From assembly GCA_004764695.1 (NCBI GenBank), contig SMSO01000032.1, forward strand, positions 1,550,001 through 1,614,000: 64,000 nt of DNA, given 5' to 3'. The notes below the pieces were generated by a model. The model was not told the origin of the DNA, searched no databases, and saw nothing but the letters and a program-made list of their open reading frames with translations. Numbering within the stretch: position 1 is the first letter of the stretch; each line of letters starts with the position of its first letter. The stretch is from Schizochytrium sp. TIO01 (taxonomy: Eukaryota > Protista > Bigyra: Labyrinthulomycetes). The translations under genes and the position numbers were made by a program. Below, piece by piece: positions 43,545 through 54,700 of this stretch.

Positions 43545-45825
43545 AATCTTGTGGATGGTTGCGGTGGCAGCCTTCACGAATTGTATTTTCGTTTGGCAAG
43601 ATGAGATCCTCCGGCCTTGAAATAGTGGATGATGAACGTTCTTTGGTAAGGGTGTCGGCCAGCTGCGAGAGATGATCTGTAGTTCGAGCTCGAGGTCGAA
43701 ACAGTCTCCTTTGTACATCTGTAAGTGCTCTTTTGTTGCGAAATAGTCCATGGAGCTGGCAGTACAAACGAGCCTTGCTCGTGGGATGGCCAGCTGTTCC
43801 CCAATCGAGAATTACTTCGTAGACGCCAGTTGAGGCTTTGTATGAAGCTACGTAGCCCCTTCCAAAAACCGTGTTCACAACAGAACCCTTGACAAATTCA
43901 CAGTCGCCGTGGATAAGACCTGTACTCGGGAATCCAGCGGACTCCAATGCGTCATTGGCAGCCATAAGGTCAGCATTCATCTCGAGACGACGGATGTCGC
44001 GTTCATACGGATCCGTCCATGTGTTCTTGATACGCTGGAAGTCCTCGTGGGCTGCAACAGCTACCCTACGTAGACCACCAAATCGAATCAAGCCATGTTG
44101 CGCAGCATCCAAAGCTGCCCGAACATATGTACGGCAAAAGACAATGCCACTTTTGTACCAAAGCAGATCCGAAACACCCTCTTCGTACCCAAATGTAAAT
44201 GACCGAGGTTGAACTTCATGGATATAGACTCTTTCTACAACCTTGTTTCCAAATTTGTTCACCATGAGCTCTGCAGCTTTGACATCAGCCTGCCCGTTGT
44301 CACCAATAAAAATGTGCGTGTATTCAGGGTAAATCGAATAATACTGCTCGAAATTTTTCAGCTTCTTGAGAGCCATAGGTAGGAACAAGCCTTGCATCAT
44401 AAATGCTTGCCCTGATTCCAAATCACCTGGCAAAAGACTGGGCATACAGTGTAGTGCCTGAGATTTCATAAACGTGCGGAACTTAAGATACATGGAGGTC
44501 TCAGTCACATCTTTGTATACATGGGGCCGAGCCGAAAGGAATACCAAGTCACCGCTGCGCTTTGGAGGCCATAAGCCTGCGTCAGCCAGGGAGCCTCGAG
44601 CTCCTAGATTAAGCTCCCTATACAAAGCAGTGACTGCTGGGTAGAACACCTTTCGTTTATAAGAAACATCGATACCAGCTGGATATCGTCCTCCTGAAGA
44701 AAACAATGTGTCATCGACATCACTAAGGATCTTGCGCCAAGCACCCTTTTGAAGTCGCTTCCGCGCCAAAGAGCTGCCCATAGCCATTTGTGCAGCTTGA
44801 ATAGATGCTTGACTTTTAAAGTGGCGAAGGATCTTCTCTCTCACCGCCTCATCTGTAACATCATTGTACACGAGTTTATGCATACTTTCGGCAGAACCCT
44901 TGTTGTCCACAAGTTGTTTGAGTTCACTCAAATCGTCACCTCGGACAGTGCTTAGGAGGTTTAGGATCCATTCCTGAGCCTCTTTTGCTGTATCTGGATG
45001 ATTACTGAGACGCAAACCTTGAATGACATCAAGAACAATGGCACGTGAAGCAAGGTTAAGATCAGAAACGCGTCTGCGAGCGAGAATATCTAAGAGCTCA
45101 CTGCGACAGCGATTCCTTTTCTCTGCAGGAAGTACATCCGATGCCTTTGAATGGTTTTTCAGCTTGTATGTGATAAGCTTCATTTCCACGCGCACAATAA
45201 TATAGTTGAGCTCCGTACGAGAACAGTTGCTGAAGACCCCGAGTACTGAGCGCTCATTGCGCACAAATTCTGTAATATTCCACATTGTATGAAACGTAGA
45301 AGGAAGCGTGCGATCTAAGTTGTTCACATAACCTTGCAGTAAGGTAACGATTTCATCTGCATTACTGTTTTGAATAAGTTCATCAAAAGCAATAAGACTC
45401 GGCAGAGTCCGTAAGCGTGTGCGATGGTGGTGTTTGTCAAGGAAATGTGCAGTGGTTACGGTGGCAATTACAATGGTGGCACCAAGGGCTCGTCCAATTT
45501 CTGGACGAGACCCTGTCCATGAAGCTGCTAAGTATGGGGAATCAGGAGCAAACATGAAGTTGCTACTTAGCAGAAATGAGATTAGCATCCAGAATTGGTT
45601 TTCTAGATGCTGGGACTGGTGCCACATGGAGTCTGCTCGTAGCACATAATTTAAAAGTAGCAAAATCACAAAAAGGAACATGGAGGCATAGACTGGTCTT
45701 GAGATGATAACATAGCCAATATAAGTGACAATCAGGCCCAGGATTCCTCGGAATGTCCAAAACAGCACAGACGCCATATCGCGAGCAGTTTCAACACTGC
45801 TCTTAATCTGTCTTTTGTATTCCAT
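43543..45825 (-). CDS. Membrane-anchored App1-like HAD phosphatase (phosphatidate phosphatase-like), N-terminal ORF of a split gene
   Basis: N-terminal TM helices; HAD motifs ILSDVDDT, VFLSARP, KLK, IFIGDNGQAD; first copy of the G.VV.T.FG.G.V repeat. Confidence 0.8.
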   Translation of the reverse strand: MEYKRQIKSSVETARDMASVLFWTFRGILGLIVTYIGYVIISRPVYASMFLFVILLLLNYVLRADSMWHQSQHLENQFWMLISFLLSSNFMFAPDSPYLAASWTGSRPEIGRALGATIVIATVTTAHFLDKHHHRTRLRTLPSLIAFDELIQNSNADEIVTLLQGYVNNLDRTLPSTFHTMWNITEFVRNERSVLGVFSNCSRTELNYIIVRVEMKLITYKLKNHSKASDVLPAEKRNRCRSELLDILARRRVSDLNLASRAIVLDVIQGLRLSNHPDTAKEAQEWILNLLSTVRGDDLSELKQLVDNKGSAESMHKLVYNDVTDEAVREKILRHFKSQASIQAAQMAMGSSLARKRLQKGAWRKILSDVDDTLFSSGGRYPAGIDVSYKRKVFYPAVTALYRELNLGARGSLADAGLWPPKRSGDLVFLSARPHVYKDVTETSMYLKFRTFMKSQALHCMPSLLPGDLESGQAFMMQGLFLPMALKKLKNFEQYYSIYPEYTHIFIGDNGQADVKAAELMVNKFGNKVVERVYIHEVQPRSFTFGYEEGVSDLLWYKSGIVFCRTYVRAALDAAQHGLIRFGGLRRVAVAAHEDFQRIKNTWTDPYERDIRRLEMNADLMAANDALESAGFPSTGLIHGDCEFVKGSVVNTVFGRGYVASYKASTGVYEVILDWGTAGHPTSKARLYCQLHGLFRNKRALTDVQRRLFRPRARTTDHLSQLADTLTKERSSSTISRPEDLILPNENTIREGCHRNHPQD

Positions 45826-46500
45826 TGTGTTGAAAGAAGAATGTTAACTGGCGATTTCGTGTCACTTTTCCAAAGAATCTGCTTTGTTCGGAGCTTAAGC
45901 TCCACTAGGTGCTGTCTTACGTCCCTCGTCTCAATAAAAAACAGACTCTCCTTTTGCACAGACTTCAGATTCAATCGTGGTCGTTGTTTCGATATTTGGT
46001 CAGCCTTGTGCCTGCCCGATGCTTTTACACAAAATAAATACTTCGCTTCGGCAACGTCTTTGTTTCCCCGCCAGATAGCTAGTTAGGCCCCGCAGTCGGA
46101 ACCAGTAGTGTCCACAGAGCAGGAGACCGGCACGTCTGCTGCAGATCTTCCTGTGGCAAATCAAATTGCCGTCGCGATGCCTCCCAGCGCCTGGGAACTG
46201 CCTTTGTTTCTGCTGCTCGGCAGCAACAGTCAACTCACAGCACAAGATTGCGATAATACTGACTACCTGCACCACAACAACTACAACAAACTAAGTACGA
46301 GACTGAGAAAGTCAAGACCCGTTCTTGACGTTCCTCCCCTCCACTCTCAAACCCGCTCAGCACTGGAAGTACTCCTCGTACTTTCCCAGATGCTTCTCGT
46401 TCTCCAAAACACGACGACGACGACGTCGAAGACTTCTCCTTATGCTGCAATAAAAACAGAGAGTGTGTGAGAGTGAATGAGTGAGTGAGTGATTGTAGTA

Positions 46501-46554
46501 GTATGTATGTATGTATGTATGTATGTATGTATGTATGTATGTGAGAAGGAAGGA

Positions 46555-46614
<60 letters not shown>

Positions 46615-46620
46615 AGTAAG
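46501..46620. repeat. (TATG)n + (GAAA)n microsatellites
   Basis: Read directly. Confidence 0.95.
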
Positions 46621-47222
46621 AAAGTAAGAAAGTAAGAAAGCCTCCTCCTTTACGAGAGACTCACAGAGGAGCTCTGCCCAAGAACAGTCTTCCTGCCTAT
46701 TTAGTTCCTCAGCTCCTTCCAGCCCAGTGCGACTCAGGGGTGGTTTCCCCGATGGTCGTCTGCGAAGAAGAATCGGCTTCGCAATGGCACCGAGGCCAGC
46801 CCCGCGAGGAGTGCCAGGAGAAACCAAGACACAGACAGTATCACTACTCCAGAGGAAAACTAAACGAACGAACAAACGAACGAACGAACAACAATCAGTC
46901 AGTCAATCAATCAATCAATCAATCAATCAAAGCAATGCAGACGCAGGATGATGACGGCAAGCCCGCTGCCTGCCTGCCCGCTCTGCCTGCACCCGCGACC
47001 TCCGTGGGGCGCAGATATGCTCTGGTATTCGGGCTAGGAGGACCGGGGCCAGCCTGAGTCCACGCCAGTCCACCTAGGTTGGCCCTCCACAAACGTACGC
47101 AAGCAAGCAAGCACGCTGCGCTGCGCTGCCGAGACCAGCGCCGGCAATTCAAAATTTGCTGTCACAGATCTATCTATCTACAAACTATCATCTCTCTCTC
47201 CATATCTCTCTCTCTTTAGTTG

Positions 47223-47300
47223 AAAAGAAAAGAAAAGAAAAGAAAGAAAAGAAAAGAAAAGAAAAGAAAAGAAAAGAAAAGAAAAGAAAAGAAAAGAAAG
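47223..47300. repeat. (AAAAG)n microsatellite
   Basis: Read directly. Confidence 0.95.
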
Positions 47301-47724
47301 GAAATTATGACAATCATAAATCGAAAGATATTAATCATAGAATAACATCGATCTTTCTTTCTACCTCAATAGGTAAGTAAGTATAAGTACCTATAGGTTG
47401 ATCTATCATGGACCCACTCTTTACTCTGTGGCTTCAGGCGACATCCGCATCAACGACGACGGTTCGAGGTTTGCTAAGATTGGCGCTCGTGCTGACAATC
47501 GTCGCGGTCGGAGATATCCTTTGCGGTGTCTGCACGGAATTGCTCCTTAAATCCTGTTGGTATAGAGCTTGCTGCTTCCCAGCCGCCGCTTGCTTCGCAC
47601 AGAGTAACGTCAAGTCAGGTCGTCGAAAGCAGACCTGTGATACAGAACTATGAGCACTAATAGGTGCTAGTACTAGCAGAACTCCATTCAATCTTTCATT
47701 CATTCTTTCATCGTTTGTTTATTG

Positions 47725-47833
<109 letters not shown>

Positions 47834-49384
47834 CGATGGATTGGTTGAGCATTGAGTGCACGTATCGCTGCTCATCAAATAACCCGAAGAGGCTGTTTCT
47901 TTGTGTTCCTTTGGGGTGTTGAGACGAATGCCAGTGGGGCAAGGCGTGAGGAAATCCTCTGTTCAGCAGGATGGGTCCTGCAGGCTGAGCATCACCATGT
48001 GCGGTGCGAAAGGACCCACAAGCAAGTCGTGAACATTCAGTCGCTCTTCGTACTTAGATGCCATAAGTTTCACGAGCCTGTTGTACCTATCTATGAATAT
48101 ACTTCTATAAAAAGTGAATCTGCTGCTTCTTCAAGCTAGATCTTGAAATACCTCAAACTCAAAGGGACACGGTTGTTCAAGAAGGGAGCGGGTCGCGATG
48201 GAGAGGGCGTCGGGGTGAGGAAGAAATCCTCAGACAGAGCAAAGTCCACATGATGGCATTTGCTTCTACGAAACGTTCAACCAAATGTACGTGCCTGAAA
48301 TTCCCATTTTCTAAAGGAGTATTTAATTTCAATTTCTTCAAGTGGAAAAACATAACTTAAAAACACTTTTTTTAAATGAAAATAAATAAATGAAAATAGA
48401 ATCTTGGTCTACAACATATTCCGATGAGGCGGAGGGCGTTCCGGTCTAGGAAGCTACAGAGATGGTCCTCAAGAGACTATTGCTGGTGGCCAGAATGGTT
48501 CTCGAGGCATCCCAAAGCTGCTACCAAAGATGCACTAAACCACTTCGATACAGCGGACATGCTTTCTTTCCTCTTTTGGCTACTACGCTCAACTTTGAAA
48601 GGTCTATCGGATGATGACGAAACTGAATGAAAAGCTATGACAGCACCTAGACACTAGCAGGTAGTAGATACTGTCAGCAGATAGGAGTAATAGACAAACC
48701 CAAACTGTGAAAGAATGTTAAAAGGTTCGGCTCAGCTCTGCTGAGACACAGCCGTCAAAGAGCTCGGCCATTAGCTGTCATTTGAAGCGACATCCGATTC
48801 AAGAAGCGGGATACTGAAACGCAGCAGCTTGCACCTAATATTATGCGATAATTACTGTGAGAATGAGAACCATGATTAAATGAGGGCGGAGGAGAACCCC
48901 AGAATCGTGTTACCTGCGATAACCCAGGGAATCAATCGAGCCAGCATAGGGAGATGAATTGACTCCTTAACTTCATGTTGTAACATTCAAGTCATAGTTA
49001 AGGCAAAGAGAAGAATGATAGATAGAGGAAAGGCCTGATAGTGTCCAAAATACTAAATCTTAATATTAAAATGAATGGTGTATTCCTACTACGCCGCGCT
49101 CACAGCTGTGTACACAGTTGGAGAGAGGATATAACATGCTCTAAAGCGTGCCGACGCAAGAATAAATAGGCCATGTTTTCTATTTTTTTTTTGTTGTTTC
49201 TTAAAGGATCGCCCGGGCGAATTCCATAGTTAGTGGATTCATGCCAAACAAAATTGCAGTTCTCTCTTCTTTCATGTAGAAGAGCCTTTCAAAAGTACAT
49301 ACAGCTCTTATTGTTGAGAGACAAAATGCGAATTAAAAAGATGGGTAAATGGAGCCTTTCTTATCTCCATCTAATTAGTCAAGC

Positions 49385-51703
49385 TCACAATGAGTGTTGA
49401 GAAAGTTGAGATAGCGGCTTCCATTGCATCATCCCAGGGGTCCAAACATGTGTGTTTGCATCGATTGAACCAGACAGTGCAAGCTGGTATAGTTCTTCAC
49501 CTGTCACGGGTCCCTGTTGTACACCACTTCGGTTGATAAAAAGAAAAGTCCCGAGGCTTACAGCCTGCGCCTGCTGCTCCTGCTGCTCTTGTTGGGCCAT
49601 CGCAGATCCAGATGCCTCTGTGTCTTCTTCAGCATTGCTATATTGTTCATATGATGAGCTCGCCCTTGCAAGAGATTTAATCAGGTCGTGCCGATTCTGC
49701 ATCAATGGGCTTCCTTGAGAAGTTGCCATCTGTTCCTCATTCCCATTGAGGTTGAGAGAATCAAGCTGTGTTACGACCGCAGCATTCTCATCCAGAGCTC
49801 CTCCTTCGGCACGTTCAAGAGTACCGATTCGCAAAAAGTCCTCTTCGCAGTATAGTTCGTAGCGTGACAAATCTGCAGAGGGTCGCACAAAACATACGTC
49901 ACTGTGCAGGCTCTTTCCACAACAATTACACCGGCAGCAGTTATCATGACAGCGCAAACGCCCATCATCACCTGTGCGCACTTGCTCGAGCAGTTCAATA
50001 GGGTCGTCATCGATCCGTGAGCCGCGTGTAGGCACGAGGACTTTACGATTGACGGAGGCCTGCACTGGAAGCATACAAACAATACAAGTAGGACGGTACT
50101 GAGTTTCACAGCAATGGTCACAGAACACCAGCAGTTTGTACTTTTCGAGAGGGCTGCGACGCGCAGTTTCAAGAGTGAGCTCCTGGTGGCAACAGTTGCA
50201 ACGTAAGCAATGAGGAGAATTGTGCAGATAAATCCCAGGCTCAAGCATAACGGCCTCGCTAACATCATAAATCACATCAAGACACGCAGAGCAATGCGGA
50301 AGTTCTTCTTCCACTTTGTGAAATTCACAAAGTAAAAGGTTCATTTTTGAAGAAGCCGAATCGAGACGTGTGTCGAATCCACAACGCGCACAGGACAAGT
50401 GACGGCTGTGCCAAGCGCGATGGTGAGGGAAGACTGCTACGTCAGGATCAGCATCGCCACACGCAGGGCACCGACTCACTAACTGCTCAATACACTCTGC
50501 ACAATAGGGCCAGCACCCAGCGATCGTGTCGATCACAGGAGGGTCTTCGGTGTCATTGGGGTCCAGGACACGAGAACAAGTGTAACATCGCAGGTGTTTT
50601 TTGTGCCAGGCAAACCCATTCCATGCCACAACTTCTTCGTTGCATCCTTCTGTAGGGCTTTGCACGTTTTGAGGTGAAGGTGGGCGCAGACGAATAACAC
50701 AGCCGTTAATGTTCATACCTGCCGAGGGCGCTGGTCCACCAGCTTGCGCTACAGGATGAGACATGGATGAGTGATCATGAGAATGTTCTGCATCATCAGC
50801 ACCAATAGTGGCCTCTCCTGGGTTACTAGCGTCGATTACCGGGCAAGGAAAGGAGAGCGTATGTTCTTTACATAAAGGGCAGATGCGACTAGCATCGAGC
50901 ATAGTAGTAAGCGTAACGGCAAGAGGATCAGTGTTTTCCTTGTTCATGGCAAATGGACGATCCAGCGTATCTGCTTCTTCATTGAGAACAAGGTGCTCAC
51001 ATTGATTACGAAGACGGTCCTCAACCGACAAAGCAGAGGATCGCTTCACCATTTTATCAAGGGCGCGCTCCACAGCAACATCAGTCAGGTGCATGTTTTG
51101 GCAGTATGTGCATGGACAAGACCACTCCATACGTACTCGTGACCGGATAATTACCATTTGCACGTTAAATATGAGTCTACGAAGTCGTAGGCGCTTTCGT
51201 TTGCGACTAGGCGATTCCTGATGCGAAGCAAGAGATCCGAAACGATTCGAGCTACCGCCATAAGGTCTCAACATGGATGGACTTTGGCTGCTTTCTACCT
51301 CCCGCAAACTTTCAAGGTCAAGAGCTGCTTGATCAAGCGCCTCCGTCAGCAGGACAAGACGATCGCGCAAAGATCGAAGACAAGCTATTTCCTCTTGAGA
51401 AACCACTGCCATTTCTAAAAATCTATCCAGCATAGCTAGCATGTGATGTGCGAAATCCGCGTCAGCAAAGCTAGCGCAATCCTTGTCCAAATGTAGACCA
51501 TAGTCCACACCACGGCGCAATTTCAAAAGCTGAAACTCGAGGTAATCTACTTGGTTCTCGGCCATCTCAATAGGTGCGCATTGTCCAAGCACCGGTTCCC
51601 ATAACCAATTATCGTCCACTTCATAGTCCTCCTCATGGTCGTTGCCTTCATCATCCTCATCTCCATGGTCGTCATCACCGCTGCCATCCGACTTGCTACG
51701 TTT
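49385..51703 (-). CDS. C-terminal part in the +1 frame: four LIM zinc fingers + GYF_2 (DUF4339) domain
   Basis: WHKKHLRCYTC..YCAEC, CPAC..WHSRHLSCARC..CEFH, CSAC..H...CLRCNCC..CDHC, CIVC..HDNCCRCNCC..YCEED; QQGPVTGEEL...SGSIDANTHVWTPGMMQWKPL; joined gene 49385..54956 would be ~1856 aa. Confidence 0.85.
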   Translation of the reverse strand, partial: KRSKSDGSGDDDHGDEDDEGNDHEEDYEVDDNWLWEPVLGQCAPIEMAENQVDYLEFQLLKLRRGVDYGLHLDKDCASFADADFAHHMLAMLDRFLEMAVVSQEEIACLRSLRDRLVLLTEALDQAALDLESLREVESSQSPSMLRPYGGSSNRFGSLASHQESPSRKRKRLRLRRLIFNVQMVIIRSRVRMEWSCPCTYCQNMHLTDVAVERALDKMVKRSSALSVEDRLRNQCEHLVLNEEADTLDRPFAMNKENTDPLAVTLTTMLDASRICPLCKEHTLSFPCPVIDASNPGEATIGADDAEHSHDHSSMSHPVAQAGGPAPSAGMNINGCVIRLRPPSPQNVQSPTEGCNEEVVAWNGFAWHKKHLRCYTCSRVLDPNDTEDPPVIDTIAGCWPYCAECIEQLVSRCPACGDADPDVAVFPHHRAWHSRHLSCARCGFDTRLDSASSKMNLLLCEFHKVEEELPHCSACLDVIYDVSEAVMLEPGIYLHNSPHCLRCNCCHQELTLETARRSPLEKYKLLVFCDHCCETQYRPTCIVCMLPVQASVNRKVLVPTRGSRIDDDPIELLEQVRTGDDGRLRCHDNCCRCNCCGKSLHSDVCFVRPSADLSRYELYCEEDFLRIGTLERAEGGALDENAAVVTQLDSLNLNGNEEQMATSQGSPLMQNRHDLIKSLARASSSYEQYSNAEEDTEASGSAMAQQEQQEQQAQAVSLGTFLFINRSGVQQGPVTGEELYQLALSGSIDANTHVWTPGMMQWKPLSQLSQHSL

Positions 51704-54700
51704 AAAGTTGAATTGAAACGGGCCTTGCCCGAGCTCCATGCCAATTCTGGTCAAAGTCATCGACCTCATTAGTGGAAGATGATTCACCTGAATCATCTTC
51801 CTCCTCACTGGCACTACGGTTCAAATGATGTTGGAGACGCTCGGGACGTCCTGAAGTCCAAGATGACAAGGCGGAAGAAGATCGATGCCCAGTACTGTGA
51901 GACGCAGTCTGCTCGCCCTCAAAGGTGGCAAAAGATTGGTGACGTTTCAAGGAGGAAGACTCGTCATCCGTAAGGCTACGGTTCGACCCTTCCCCAGACA
52001 ATGACGTACGACGGGCAGGCTCATGACGACCACGGCGATGGCGATGGTGAGCGCGGCGGGCAATTTTATGCCACTTGTTTGCATATCCCAAAAGCGCATC
52101 TTCACGACTAGGCATGAACAGAAGAAAGTTCTCAACAATACGGAAAAAAGGTAGGAGAGAAGGAGTTGGAGTTACATATAGCATATCAGCTTGAGCACAG
52201 AGAAGAGAGCGCACAAACCCAACGCTGTCCTTACGCCAGCCAGAAAGTACAGCTGTTTCATATAACACCTGTTCAAGACCAAGGACGCCTAGGTTAGCCT
52301 TAGTGTTCAGGCGAAAGTTGCTCATGCAAAGAAGCTCTACGACGCGATGTAGAATGAACTCGCTTGCCTCGTCGCGAAAGTCCCTATCACGAGGAATGGT
52401 TTGAAGAATACGCAAGAGTCCAGTTCGCCAGCTATCTGTAGACTGGATGCGCTGAAAATTATCCACACTACTTGCACAAAGGGTAAAGAGACTACCAATA
52501 AATTCCTTTCGAACGAGATTATCTCCCATCCATCCGAGCATGCAGAGTAGAACAGGAATGAGTTCCTGACCTGCTATACTAAGGTGTTGCATGAAGGGAT
52601 TTGTGGTTTGAAAACTATGAGAATCCTCAGGTTCTACTATTTGTCCTGTGATGATTTCGAGCAGAGTAGCACAATCTGTATATTCAATGCCTGCAACAAG
52701 GCTACCCCGCGAAGACCCGGTTTCATTGGGGTTTGACCAGTGCTGGCTCGATGTGTTTTTACTTGTCCAAATGCGTTGATCAGAGTTTGCAAACATGTCA
52801 TGTTCTGGGATGCTCAAGTCAGTGAGACGAGGAAATTGGAAGTTTGCATCGAGGCCCAGTGCACTTCCGTCACGAACAATAGAAGCCAGGTCCTCGGAAC
52901 GAAAAGTATGTACAGAACCCACGAAAGACATGCTCGAGCGTCTGGCCTGCATCATGAGGTGAGCAAGCCGAGAACTCCGAAGACCGGAAACACGAATTTC
53001 CGAGCCTCGAAGCTCGGACATGCGCATGTCAGAGATGCGTGGTCGCGCCCGAGACCTCGTCAAGTTATCGTCGGGTTGATTAATAGTCATTTGTGACTTC
53101 CGTTCAAGTCCAGGGCGAGCATATACACTGGCGAGCTCTGTTTGTCGCCGTGGATGTTGCTTGAGGGTAAGGCCAAGCGAAGTGCTTGCTGGAGGTCGAC
53201 TGTTTCGTGAGAAAAATTCAGCCTTGGCCTCTTCGCGTTGTTTGTGCAAATGCTGCAAGTGTGGACTTGGCGTAAGATCTGTCTTACGACGGCTTGGCGC
53301 CTTGATTGCGCGCACGTCGGGTGGGCTCGCCGATTTAGGCGCGCCGTTTCGGTTCCAGAGCTCGGAATAACGGATTGCATCAACATGATTCATTGCACTC
53401 GCAGTGTAATGATTAAGCAAATCACCAGTGCCACGTCTTCCTCCGAATTCCCCTGTACCACGTCTTCCTCCGAATTCCCCTGTACCACGTCGTCCTCCGA
53501 ATTCCCCTGTACCACGTCGTCCTCCGAAATCGCCTGTACCACGGCGCGTAAGATCCGACTCGCGTGTTGTTTCTGGGCCATCACCATTGCTGAAACCGCC
53601 ACCGACTGCGCTGGCGCCTAATGAGAATGAAGAAGAAGTGGTCGAGTACATGCCTCCTCCAGCACTGGAGCTGTCACGTTTGGAGCTGGCACCAGTCTCG
53701 AAGGCAACGCCCTCTCTCCTTCCGCTGCCCATGCTGTAATTTCCATTGCCAGAATTGCCAGATTGAGATCCCGTGGAGCCAAGTGCAAAGCTGGTACGAC
53801 TGCCACGTTTACGGCCGCGTTGTTCGAGTTGAATAACCCTTGTAAGCAAGGACTGAGCGAATGCACGACGTACGAGCACGTGTTTAAGTTGCGAGGATTT
53901 AATTTTTTCAGCAGATATTTTCTGTACCTCAGTCAAGACTTCGTCCGCGGGGTTCGAAGTAAGAGCTTGCACTGTGAGGTGGTCAAGCGAAAGCACACCG
54001 TACTCAAATGCTTCAAGACCTATTAGAAAATCATTGCAGCGTTCGTGCAGGCAGCACGTGTGCAGGGCTCGCCAGAGACCCTTGACTGCCCACCTGCGGA
54101 CTTCTCGGTCCGCAAATCCTTGTAGCACATCCAGGTATTCGAACAGGCATTGAACTGAACAGTGATCCTTACACGTAGCAGCGTCATCGACATCACCATC
54201 AACACTGGTTCCATCGCCTGGTGCGGATATGAGCTCCGCGTTTAGCTCGTCCATTTCGATGAGGCAGTCCATCAGGCATACGCAGTCCTCTGCCCTAAAG
54301 AGCAGCGCTGCGATTGCCTGCATGGCTTGTGCACCGTCCTGGGGATGAATTGGGGCAAACAAGTCCTGCGCATCCTCCTCGGTTTCCCCAATATGTTGTG
54401 ATCCTTTGTTCTGATTTTGGGTGTGTGTGGTCTCGACCTGAAAAGTTTGAGAGGTTCGAATTTGATCTGTTTGGCTTTGGCCGGAACTTGACGCTGGCGC
54501 TTTTGTAGATGAGTTTGAAGCATCCTGGTGCTGCCGGCATACGTTTCTAAGTCTTGTAAGGCAGGCGAGGGCGCCCACTCCATCGTCGGACTCGGCCGCT
54601 AGGAAGAGCGCCTCCACGACGAGCTTCCACAGCGGCTGGACTGGTCCCAACTGCGGTGTGTTCTGCGCTCCGCTGCCCTCGGACCTTTCCCCTAATGAGC

